NCBI GenBank assembly: GCA_963693365.1
Contig: CAVNZM010000008.1
Span: 5,962,830 to 6,026,829 of the forward strand
Direction: 5' to 3'
DNA from: Amoebidium appalachense
Taxonomy: Eukaryota > Protista > Ichthyosporea
Length of the DNA: 64,000 nt
Positions 18,342 to 29,575 of the stretch are shown here, piece after piece (position 1 is the stretch's first letter; each line of letters opens with the position of its first letter). The position numbers and the translations under genes were made by a program. The notes beneath the pieces are model-generated. The model ran no database searches. It was given only the letters and a program-made list of their open reading frames with translations, and was not told the origin of the DNA.

Positions 18342-18531
18342 GCGTGTGTGTTACACTGTTAGACCGATAGATTAGGTGCTTAATAGTTAATCCCCCAAAC
18401 TACTTTGATACCGGGGGTGTAATGGTGTGTGTGTAACTACTTTGATACCAATAGATTGTTTCAACTACCTTCAGACCAACGAATTGTCTCGTTTTTTTTT
18501 TTTTTTGGGGGGGGGGGGGTGGGGGTTGTAC

Positions 18532-21500
18532 CTCGAATGTCTCGTTTTGGCGATCGGGGCATGTGCAAAACGGGGGGTACCTTCCCGTTCAAATGTTCCA
18601 ACCAATCACGAGTTGCAAAGTTGACCGCCTCGGCAAGGTGGGCGCCAGAGGCGAACCCCATGTGGTAGGCCCCAGGCAGGGTGTAAATAAGGTCGCCCGG
18701 CCTTTGCTCTGCATGGTAGACGTGGATGCTCCTTTTTTCAAACAGCCTCGGGTTCACAAAAATATTCTGTCCCACCCCGGGTGTAAGCACATGATAGTGT
18801 GCATGTGTGTGCCCGAATGCCTTTGGGTGTTCATGTGTGTGCCCGATGCCTTTGTGCCGTGTGTTTGCTTAAGTGCATGTGTGTGCCCGAATGCCTTTGT
18901 GCCGTGTGTGTGCATGTGTGTGCCCGATGCCTTTGTGCCGTGTGTTTGCTTAAGTGCATGTGTGTGCCCGAATGCCTTTGTGCCGTGTGTGTGCATGTGT
19001 GTGCCCGAATGCCTTTGTGCCGTGTGTGGTGCATGTGTGTGCCCGAATGCCTTTGTGCCGTGTGTGTGCATGTGTGTGCCCGAATGCCTTTGTGTCGTGT
19101 GTGTGCATGTGTGTGCCCGAATGCCTTTGTGCCGTGTCTTTTGCTTAATTTGGCTGCTTACCTTATGCATCATGAACCCAGGGCACGGCTTCTTGGACTT
19201 TGCATCCGGATGGATATCCCGAAGGACCCTTTCGACACGATCTCGACTGCCAGGGCTAATCGAATACCAGTGTTTTCCGTGCGGACCGTCAACCATTAGG
19301 TTGAGACTGCCGAAGGCAGCATCCTCTGGATGTGGGCCGAACAAACCAAGATAGCGGGACCTGCAAAAGATTGAAACAAAGTCGATTCGATTAGAGGTCG
19401 GGAGGGTGAGTGAGGACGGGAAATCTGTGCGGGCAAGTGAACTATTCTGAATTCTTGTGTGGATATGGGGTAGTCAATTCAAAATTAGAGGTCGGGAGGG
19501 TGAGTGAGGACGGGAAATCTGTGCGGGCAAGTGAACTATTCTGAATTCTTGTGTGTGGATATGGGGTAGTCAATTCAAAATTAGAGGTCGGGAGGGTGAG
19601 TGAGGACGGGAAATCTGTGCGGGCAAGTGAACTATTCTGAATTCTTGTGAGGATTTTTTTTTTTTTCGGGGGGGGGGGGGGGGGGGGTAGTACTTGTAAA
19701 ACATGGGAATGCATATCCCGTCGAGGTGCTGGTATTCATGGATGCGATGAAGAACAGAGTCCAATGTCCTTAAATTGGGCATCCATTTGTAGGTCTCGCT
19801 GACCACCTGAATGGGCATGCACTTAGCTACATAGCTACGGTCCGGAGGCATGGTGCAACTATACAAACGATGCAATGTGCGGGATTGGGGGTCACAAAGG
19901 GGAGGTTGCAAGTGCTGAAATGGTGTGCAGAGCAACTTCGCCCGCTTACCTCGCTGGGGGTGCGTGTGCCAGGTGGAATGCTGTGCTCGTTGGCGTAGTG
20001 GAATTCAAACACAGGTTTCCCCAACTGATTCCGTTCCTCGGGACGGCTTTCAGGCCAATGCTCGTCCAGCATGTCCCAAAACTCTCTCTCGGACAACGAT
20101 GCATTGCCCTAATTCACGGGTTGCAATGTTAGTATAATGTTTAGTCAGGGCATGCGAGGCCGGGGCGTGCAGAAAGTGTCTCTCGGCAGGCCAAGTTTTA
20201 AAATCACGCAAACATTGCTAAGTGTGAGGCCGGGGCGTGCAAAAACAAGCCAAGTAAATTCATGCAAACATTGCTAAGTGTGAGGCCGGGGCGTGCAAAA
20301 AGTGTCTCTCGGCAGGCCAAGTAAATGCAAACATTGCTAGGTGTGAGGCTTCCTCTCCATCCAAAACTCAAGTACCTGTGGGGCCGGTAGGTTACCGTGG
20401 TCCAGTTCATGCGTCAGAGCATATACGTCTTTGTTTTCTGTTGCCTGCAGATTTTGTACGTTGTGGGGTCTGCCGGGCAAATCCAGCTCCTGGGATGCTG
20501 CTGCCAGTGCCTCCTTCACCTCCTCGGGTAGGACTAGCCTCGCAGCCCCCGCCCTCCTCACGTCGTCATACTTGCCGATTTTGTACAGGAACTGCTCCAG
20601 TGTGTACCTCTCCAATATGTCAGGTGTCAAGCGAAAGGTTGGAATACGTCTGGAGATGATGGGTGTCGTGGACCGGGGCGATTGGGGTTCGACTGGGAAC
20701 TTCTCTTCCTGCTCTGTGTGTGGTGGGTGGTGTGTGTAAATATTGGGAGTTGTGTGTGTGCATGTGTGTGCCCGAATGCCTTTTTGTGTGTGCATGTGTG
20801 TGCCCGAATGCCTTTGTGTGTGTGCATGTGTGTGCCCGAATGCCTTTTTGTGTGTGCATGTGTGTGCCCGAATGCCTTTTTGTGTGTGCATGTGTGTTCC
20901 CGAATGCCTTTTTGTGTGTGCATGTGTGTGCCCGAATGCCTTTGTGTGTGTGCATGTGTGTGCCCGAATGCCTTTGTGTGTGTGCATGTGTGTGCCCGAA
21001 TGCCTTTGTGTGTGTGCATGTGTGTGCCCGAATGCCTTTGTGTGTGTGCATGTGTGTGCCCGAATGCCTTTGTGTGTGTGCATGTGTGTGCCCGAATGCC
21101 CTTGTGTGTGTGCATGTGTGTGCCCGAATGCCTTTGTGTGTGTGCATGTGTGTGCCCGAATGCCTTTGTGTGTGTGCATGTGTGTGCCCGAATGCCTTTG
21201 TGTGTGTGCATGTGTGTGCCCGAATGCCTTTCTGTGTGTGCATGTGTGTGCCCGAATGCCTTTGTGTGTGTGCATGTGTGTGCCCGAATGCCTTTTTGTG
21301 TGTGCATGTGTGTGCCCGAATGCCTTTTTGTGTGTGCATGTGTGTGCCCGAATGCCTTTGTGTGTGTGCATGTGTGTGCCCGAATGCCTTTTTGTGTGTG
21401 CATGTGTGTGCCCGAATGCCTTTGTGTGTGTGCATGTGTGTGCCCGAATGCCTTTTTGTGTGTGCATGTGTGTGCCCGAATGCCTTTGTGTGTGTGCATG

Positions 21501-22088
21501 TGTGTGCCCGAATGCCTTTGTGTGTGTGCATGTGTGTGCCCGAATGCCTTTGTGTGTGTGCATGTGTGTGCCCGAATGCCTTTGTGTGTGTGCATGTGTG
21601 TGCCCGAATGCCTTTGTGTGTGTGCATGTGTGTGCCCGAATGCCCTTGTGTGTGTGCATGTGTGTGCCCGAATGCCTTTGTGTGTGTGCATGTGTGTGCC
21701 CGAATGCCTTTGTGTGTGTGCATGTGTGTGCCCGAATGCCTTTGTGTGTGTGCATGTGTGTGCCCGAATGCCTTTGTGTGTGTGCATGTGTGTGCCCGAA
21801 TGCCCTTGTGTGTGTGCATGTGTGTGCCCGAATGCCTTTGTGTGTGTGCATGTGTGTGCCCGAATGCCTTTGTGTGTGTGCATGTGTGTGCCCGAATGCC
21901 CTTGTGTGTGTGCATGTGTGTGCCCGAATGCCTTTGTGTGTGTGCATGTGTGTGCCCGAATGCCTTTGTGTGTGTGCATGTGTGTGCCCGAATGCCTTTG
22001 TGTGTGTGCATGTGTGTGCCCGAATGCCTTTGTGTGTGTGCATGTGTGTGCCCGAATGCCCTTGTGTGTGTGCATGTGTGTGTGTGTG

Positions 22089-22120
<32 letters not shown>

Positions 22121-22859
22121 CAACCTGCAGGCGGCGCCAGCCTCGATAGTGGGCTTGCTACCTCCGCAAATCTGGCCGAGAAATTAGCATTGTTAAGACG
22201 AAGACGTTTGGCAGCCCACAAGGTGGCAGCCTTCTGGAGAGAAGGGAGTCTGATATAACGAACCCCGCCAAAAAACAGAACGCAATCACGGTCCGTCATG
22301 TTTGTTCGAATTGTGTGACTGAGTTCGAGTCTGTGTGTTGGGTCGTCGTTTATGGAAAGGGAATCCCCCTTTTCGGGTATTGGGCATGTTCTGAGAAGGT
22401 AGAGTAACTTGGCAAGGGTAGGGGTATCCTCGTTGTATTCAGGGCCCGCAGCAAACGTGAACCCGGAGTCGATTGTCTTTCTGTGTATGTCGGCATATGC
22501 CCCCAAATCGTAAACTTCCCAGTCTTTCCCCCCTGTCTCAGAATTTTCATTACGTTTCCTGGTATCTTTCCGGCTATGAACTTTTCCTCCCTAATTTTCC
22601 AGCCTGACTGCTCTCCTTTTTTGCCTTTTTTGAAAAACATAAGAATTTCGTGTTGCTCGTCCTTGTGTAGAATGGAGAGCCTGACAGGATAATCGGCAGT
22701 TTTGTTTCCCACCAAAACAATGCGTTCTATAGCGTGGACCCGCCCATGTGCAAAAACGTTGTGTGCATCGAAAGAGGTGGAAAAATGAAAAGTTGCACGT
22801 TTAGCATATGGGTAGGCTTGTGTTGTGCCGAGCCATTCTTGAAAATCGGAACCGGCCAT
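18532..22859 (-). CDS. Spliced KDM4-like JmjN/JmjC histone lysine demethylase. Exons ~22859-22125, 20713-20376, 20108-19950, 19806-19694, 19360-19162, 18766-~18532; 3' end uncertain; apparent 1-nt frameshift near the G-run ~22530.
   Basis: GT-AG joins preserve the frame and give JmjN (RIPTFRLT...AGAARLVLP), [49 protein letters not shown]...CPGFMMHK, then [36 protein letters not shown]. The H-x-E...H iron triad is intact. Confidence 0.85.
19391..19648. repeat. ~95-bp tandem repeat (3 copies) in JmjC intron 4
   Basis: TTAGAGGTCGGGAGGGTGAGTGAGGACGGGAAATCTGTGCGGGCAAGTGAACTATTCTGAATTCTTGTG occurs three times. Confidence 0.9.
20751..22088. repeat. 32-bp minisatellite (~41 copies) filling JmjC intron 1; the same unit occurs at ~18205-18290 and 18798-19140
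   Basis: Unit CCCGAATGCCTTTGTGTGTGTGCATGTGTGTG. Confidence 0.95.
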
Positions 22860-24216
22860 GTTAAAGTGCGTGAGCGAATTGTGGTTTGTGTGCAAGCGTG
22901 TAGTAGAAAATCTTTCGGAGTAAAAGGAAGTTTTGCTGTGGCTAAAAATGTGTAGCGCTAAGACGTGACAGACTGTTGCCGGAAGTGAGAGACTGTAGAA
23001 CCGACGGGTTTGCTCAAGTGCACGCTTGGTCATATAGTTCGAGCATTGGTAATCGAAGTAGGGCAAAAATGTGTACCCACATATATGTATTTCAATCACT
23101 GTCTCGGCCACCGATACCCGTTGCAGTTAGGCTACCACAATGCAAAGATTTGAGATTATTTTTATTGTATGTGTTTATTTTGTGTACTGTACTTATCCAT
23201 AAATATATCTTAATACAGCGTCAATAGAAGGCACTGCGTTACAGGCACATCGATGTTTGCTTTGAAAAGCCTTGCCCCCCTCCAGACAGTTCTCAGAAGT
23301 TCACGTGATCCCACGAGATACCTCAATCGCTGTCCAACCAATCAAAAAGACACCTGACCCCAATCGCTGTCCAGCCAATCAAAAGGATCCTGAATTCGCG
23401 GGTCTTCTGTGTACATATTGTGTATAAACAAAATCATTAATACTTCATTGTAATGATCTTATCCAGAGAAGTATAATTTTGAATTTTAATAGATTTGATT
23501 GTGATAAAAGAGGGTTTTTATAATCGTTTTGACAGTGGGCGTTAAAAAAACGGAAAAATTCAAAAGCCATCTCACCGGAGGGGGGGCAAAAAGGGGTGAT
23601 ATTCGAATGACCCGCGGCAACGGCATCCATGTTGATGTTTTTTGTTCGTTGTACACAAGACTTGAATGAAATAAATAAAATTATGTAGAAAAACACTTGA
23701 ATTTTGCATTGATTGTGATGAGTTTTTTAAGAATCCTTTTCACCGGGGCATTAAAATTGTGAAAATGCCCCAACCAATCCAAGGGCATGCGCATCTTCTA
23801 GAAAACCCATGCTGAGCTACCCAAAACAAGATGCAGTTGTACCTGTTCGCGCTGTTCCCTATGAATTTATTTTCCATGTTGAGCCAAAAACATTACAAGT
23901 AAAAAAAAACCTAAAAAAAGCAGTCAAGCCAATTCACGTACTCATAATTTGGACAATCGTCCGGAATCGATCCCCCATTTCGATCCGCGAGTAAGATGCC
24001 TGTTGGAGCTGGGGCTATAAAAAGGCAGTCTAACTGATTGGGGGTCATTTGTCGATCAAATCCTTTCACGCTGTCTAAACCTTACTCGAGGCAAAAATTC
24101 CTTTCTTTTGTTCTTGACCCTTTTGTTCTTAACCTTAAGCATTACCGATTGGGGGTTCTCATTTCGATCACTCTCACCTCGAAAATCCTTTCTTTTGTTT
24201 TTGAGCGTTACTAGTC

Positions 24217-24927
24217 ATGTCAGAGCCCAAGTCTCCGCATAGTCAAGGGGGTGGGGAGGGGGGTGAGGGGGAAAAGACCTTCCGTGTTACCCCCGAGATG
24301 TGGGACGAGCTTTGCCGTCGGGTCTATGTCACCCCCGAGATGTGGAACGAGCTTTGCAATCGGGTCAATGTTGTCGAGGAGCAGCTCAAGTCGTTGTCCG
24401 TCGACGTCGAGAAGGTTTCGGGGAAAGTTGTTCGCCAGAACGAAGCTCTGCAACGCCAGAACGAGGCTCTACAAGAGTCTGCAGCATCGAGTGCGAATGA
24501 AGCACAAGAATTGCTCCATCGTATGTCCCGTGGGTACGGTAATGTAGCGGGGCTTGTGCAGCAGCTGAAGGAGACTCGGGATGCTCTTCAGGCAAGGGAG
24601 GTCGAGTTGGCGAGTGTGAGGGCCACGGCTGAAGAGTACAGGCTTCAGCGTGACAGACTGTCTGCATGTATCGACGAAAACCCGATGAGTTCTGTGTACA
24701 ACCCCTCCGACCAGACCCACCGCAAGCCCCCTCCCCCCCGGCCGGCTCAACAAAGCCCCCTGCCCCTCCCGGCCGGCTCAACAAAGCCCCCTGCCCCTCC
24801 CGGCCGTGTCGTTCCGGGACCCCCCCCCGCGCTTTTGGGTACCCCTCGCACCACCACCCCGAAGGGTGGTAAGAGAGGCAGTGACGATGTCGAGCATGAC
24901 CCCAAGAGACACGCGCCCAGCAAGTAG
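24217..24927 (+). CDS. Hypothetical coiled-coil protein with a Pro-rich tail and basic C-terminus
   Basis: Intronless ORF with a VTPEMW repeat, heptad-rich middle and NLS-like KRG...PKRH; TATAAAA at 24017. Confidence 0.6.
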   Translation: MSEPKSPHSQGGGEGGEGEKTFRVTPEMWDELCRRVYVTPEMWNELCNRVNVVEEQLKSLSVDVEKVSGKVVRQNEALQRQNEALQESAASSANEAQELLHRMSRGYGNVAGLVQQLKETRDALQAREVELASVRATAEEYRLQRDRLSACIDENPMSSVYNPSDQTHRKPPPPRPAQQSPLPLPAGSTKPPAPPGRVVPGPPPALLGTPRTTTPKGGKRGSDDVEHDPKRHAPSK

Positions 24928-25189
24928 TGTGTGGTGGGTGGGGGGTGTTTGGGGTATAGTTTTTGCAAGCAAACTGGGTGTATTGTTGGGGGGGGGGGGG
25001 GGGTTACAAACAACCGAGTGTATTTTTTGGGAGAGGGGAGCCACAACGGATGTATTTCGATACTATGTAAAACTTATGCAGTGGAAATACAGATAAATAT
25101 ATTACATTAAGAAGACACGTGTGCCACCACGGATGTATTTATTTTGTAAAGCTCAGTGGAAATACAAATAAATATATAAGCACGTGTTG

Positions 25190-25686
25190 CCCCCGGCCTC
25201 ACACGGATGCATTTACTTGGCCCCCGGATTCACCAGCCTCACACTAAGCATTATTTGCATGCACGGATGCATTTATTTGCCCTCTCCCCCCCCCCCTCCC
25301 CCCTCCCGGTCTCTAGCATTATTTGCATGCACGGATGCATTTATTTGCCCCCTCCCCCCCTCCCCCCTCCCGGTCTCTAGCATTATTTGCATGCACGGAT
25401 GCATTTATTTGCCCCCTCCCCCCTCCCCCCCCTCCCGGTCTCTAGCATTATTTGCATGCACGGATGCATTTATTTGCCCCCTCCCCCCCCCCCTCCCCCC
25501 TCCCGGTCTCTAGCATTATTTGCATGCACGGATGCATTTATTTGCCCCCCTCCCCCCTCCCCCCTCCCCCCTCCCGGTCTCTAACACGGGTGCATTTTTT
25601 GTTTCACTTTTTGCATCCCCCGGCCTCAGGGGGTTGTTTCACTTTTTGCATCCCCGGCCTCACACTTAGCATATATATTTGGCCTG

Positions 25687-25719
<33 letters not shown>

Positions 25720-25797
25720 TTTGCATCCCCCGGCCTCACACTTAGCCTATATATTTGCCCCCTCCCGGCCTCACACTTAGCATATATATGTGGCCTG

Positions 25798-25840
<43 letters not shown>

Positions 25841-25953
25841 TTTGCATCCCCCGGCCTCACATTTAGCATATATATATTTGGCCCCCCGGCCTCACACTTA
25901 GCCTATATATTTGCCCCCTCCCGGCCTCACACTTAGCATATATATGTGGCCTG

Positions 25954-25990
<37 letters not shown>

Positions 25991-26172
25991 TTTGCACCCT
26001 CCCGGCCTCACACTTAGCATATATATTTGGCCTCCCGGCCTCACACTTAGCATATATATTTGGCCTCCCGGCCTCACACTTAGCATATATATTTGGCCCC
26101 CCGGCCTCACACTTAGCATTTATATTTGCCCCCTCCCGGCCTCACACTTAGCATTCACATCTGCCCTGCCTG

Positions 26173-26228
<56 letters not shown>

Positions 26229-27330
26229 TTTTTGCCCCCCCCCCCCCCCCCCCCCCCCTCCCCCCCCCGTGCCCCCCGTGCCCCCCGGAACCACGCCCGG
26301 GCAGTGTCTTTCCACACACACACACACACACACACGTGTGCCAGCAAGGCCCCCCAACTGTGAGGCCCCCGCCAGTCTCCTCCGCCTCCTCCGCCCCCCC
26401 CTGCCCCCCAGCCTCCCCCTCCCCCCAGCCCCCCTCCTCCCGGAACCACGCCCCCAGCGGTGCCATGCCTCCCCCCTGCCCCCCTGCCCCCCTGCACGTG
26501 TGCCTCCCCCTCCTCCCGGAACCAGGCCCCCAGTGGTGGCAGCATATGCCTTTATTAGTCAAACAGAGCCACCAGAAACTTGCACCACTCTGGTGCCTCA
26601 TGCACATCTACCTGCTGCACAGGCAACATGCTCTATGCATACATAATACTTTCTCACTGTGGGTGGCTCGCCAGTCTCGCCCTCCTTGCCCTCCTCGCCA
26701 GCATGTGTGCCTCACATATCCGCCCTCTTGCTGGCCTGCCGGAACCACGCCCCCAGTGGTGCCATTCCCCAGCGGTGCCATGCCTCCCCCACTCTCCCAG
26801 CCCCCCTGCACGTGTGCCCTCCCCTCCCCCCCTGCTGCCGGAACCACGCCCCCCAGTGGTGGCATTCCAACATGCTTCCCCCACTCTCCCCGGCCTCCTG
26901 TGCACGTGTGCCTCCCCTCCCCCCTGCTGCCGGAACCACGCCCCCCAGTGGTGGCATTCCAACATGCTTCCCCCACTCTCCCCGGCCTCCTGTGCACGTG
27001 TGCCTCCCCTCCCCCCCTGCTGCCGGAACCACGCCCCCCAGTGGTGGCATTCCAACATGCTTCCCCCACTCTCCCCGGCCTCCTGTGCACGTGTGCCTCC
27101 CCTCCCCCCCTGCTGCCGGAACCACGCCCCCCAGTGGTGGCATTCCAACATGCTTCCCCCACTCTCCCAGCCCCCCTGCACGTGTGCCCTCCCCTCCCCC
27201 CCCTGCTGCCGGAACCACGCCCCCCAGTGGTGGCATTCCAACATGCTTCCCCCACTCTCCCAGCCCCCCTGCACGTGTGCCCTCCCCTCCCCCCCCCTGC
27301 TGCCGGAACCACGCCCCCCAGTGGTGGCAG
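25190..27330. repeat. Compound tandem-repeat tract (~60-bp TGCATGCACGGATGCATTT units; CCGGCCTCACACTTAGCATATAT units with (GA)n; ~90-bp GGAACCACGCCCCCCAGTGGTGGCATTCC units)
   Basis: Repeats visible directly; ORFs here are low-complexity. Confidence 0.85.
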
Positions 27331-28558
27331 CCAGTGCCTTACATACTAATCTATTCTATGGCCACATGGCCAGATGGCCAGATTGTTTTGACTTCCGGTG
27401 GATCCCCCCCCCTGCTCACAGACTGAATTTGATCTGGCCATCTGGCCATGTGGGTATAAACCGTTTTCTGTTCAAATATTGGAGAACTGTCGATAGTGAT
27501 AGAAAATGTCATTGGAAGAACAATCGGGAAGGTCATCACGTGATAGATATTTGGAAGTGATCTACTGGAAAGAGCGAAGCAAGGCGAGCCGTCGGTTATT
27601 TTGGCGAGCCGATAGGCGAGCCAAAATAATCGACAAGGCGAGCCGAAATAACGAGGTCGAGCGAGGACACGAGCCGACATGATCCGGTTACGATATGACC
27701 CATAAAAAATTCACTTTATTGATACATTATGCAAACTTTAACTCGGTTATTTGATTCATATATCATTCTTATGCCAACGTCGTCTTTACCAGCCCCAGCA
27801 AGGGGATACATGAGCCGGTGCCTGTGGATCAATCTCACAAGCAGGCACAGGTGTGCTCCACAGGAGCAATGAAAAGAATGACAAATGTCATACAGAAACA
27901 TGCTCAAAAAACGTAGCCTAGTGCCTAAATAGGCAAAGGGTGTGGTGGGTGGGCAAAAACTTAGCTAAAAAATTGGGCCTAAAGAGACCTAAACGCGCTC
28001 AGTAGCGCCGCAACTGACCTCCCTGGGGCCGCGCAAGCTCATTATAGAGCGCGGCCCACATTTTTGCCTATGGAAATATGAAGAAATGACTTAGAACCTA
28101 TCAAATCCATGAAATCTACCAAAATGGAATTTTTGCTGCACATCAACCAATGAAAAATTTTCACAAGTGGCTAAAACCCCTAGATCATAAAGACCAAATC
28201 GATTGCCGCCCATTTCGGACTAGATATAACTCAAACTCATCAATATATCCATATGGCATATCCCACAGAACATAAAAACAGCTACAGCTCCCTAAATAAA
28301 AATGCTAGCAGCCTGAAACTTTGCACACACATTAAACACACCATGGCCTACAGCATTATACTACCACGAAGTTTACAGCACACTCACAACACACAATTTC
28401 ACTCCAACGGGGCTATCTAATTCTCCTGCAAAGAAAACACGTTTACAAACTTAATATTCTTATGCCAACGTCGTCTTTACCAGCCCCAGCAAGGGGATAC
28501 ATGAGCCGGTGCCTGTGGATCAATCTCACAAGCAGGCACAGGTGTGCTCCACCACTCC

Positions 28559-29575
28559 CTACCTGGCACGGGAAGGAACGAACCATGCCGTGGGTGACTG
28601 ACGCAGCGCTGCAGCCCGGGCAAGGAGCGACGCAGGCACGCGAATAGAAAGAACAAGAGACTGGCCGGCCTGCACATACCGGCGGAGGGAGGCATGCGAT
28701 CTCCATCGACCACGCAGAGCAATCGTCTCTACTGAAACACCCCTGACATAGTCTCTCGAGGCACCACCATGGCGAAGACTGTGAAGATGGAACCCATACT
28801 CGTTGAGGCCGAGGGAGTCACATGCCGCGTGGAACTTGGCACGCAGAACATCATACGAGAAAGGAAACAGCCGCGCAGAAGGGGGGGCGCCACGGAACCA
28901 GAAAGACAGGATGGCCAACAGGGACGGATCGGTGATGGGGACAAACTGATTTGGACCGGTCTTGGTGTCGGCCAGGCGGATGCCGCCTGTACCGGGTGGC
29001 ATGTCGTGGGGAACGGGGTCGTCGGGCAAAATAAGATCCGCACGGGTGAGCATAAGCAGCTCACTGACACGAAAATAACACTCAAATCCAAGCAAAACAG
29101 CAATACCAAACAAGGGGCCAATTTTGGAATACAAATGATGGCCAATGACGAGGACCAATGAAAACGGAAGCGGGGGCGTGGTCTTTGCTGGAACAAGCCG
29201 GTTCCAGCCCTGCAGGCTCCGTTGGGCGGCCTGCAGGTGTGGACCCAGGCGTGGCATGAAATGCTTGATGCCGGCAGCTGTGTTGACACAGCGCTGACGC
29301 TGGCCACGCGATGGATCAATGGCATAACACTCCTCAAAATACTCCACCAGGAGGTCGTCCAGTTCGGCGGGGGACTTGGTGTCGGTACCAGGGGGCAACC
29401 AATCCAGGAACTCAACAACAGCATCCCGGTAGGCCTTGAGGGTTGGGGGCTTTATGGCCTGGTCAGCCAGAAAACCGCGAGGGACCATCTGCAGGATTGT
29501 GGGCTGACGGCAGCCACACACAATACAAACGAATGTCGAGGGCAAGAGTGTAGGCAGCCACCTGGCGGCATACAC
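28559..29575 (-). CDS. Tyrosine recombinase of the retrotransposon
   Basis: FRVSE (R), DTKT (K), HSLRHGGA (HxxR), GRW and RRY (catalytic Tyr). Overlaps the 3' end of pol. Confidence 0.92.
   Translation of the reverse strand: MYAARWLPTLLPSTFVCIVCGCRQPTILQMVPRGFLADQAIKPPTLKAYRDAVVEFLDWLPPGTDTKSPAELDDLLVEYFEECYAIDPSRGQRQRCVNTAAGIKHFMPRLGPHLQAAQRSLQGWNRLVPAKTTPPLPFSLVLVIGHHLYSKIGPLFGIAVLLGFECYFRVSELLMLTRADLILPDDPVPHDMPPGTGGIRLADTKTGPNQFVPITDPSLLAILSFWFRGAPPSARLFPFSYDVLRAKFHAACDSLGLNEYGFHLHSLRHGGASRDYVRGVSVETIALRGRWRSHASLRRYVQAGQSLVLSIRVPASLLARAAALRQSPTAWFVPSRAR

Noticed and set aside
20620-22258. Long His/Thr- or Cys/Val-rich ORFs in all six frames
   Set aside because: They are translations of the stop-free 32-bp minisatellite inside JmjC intron 1.
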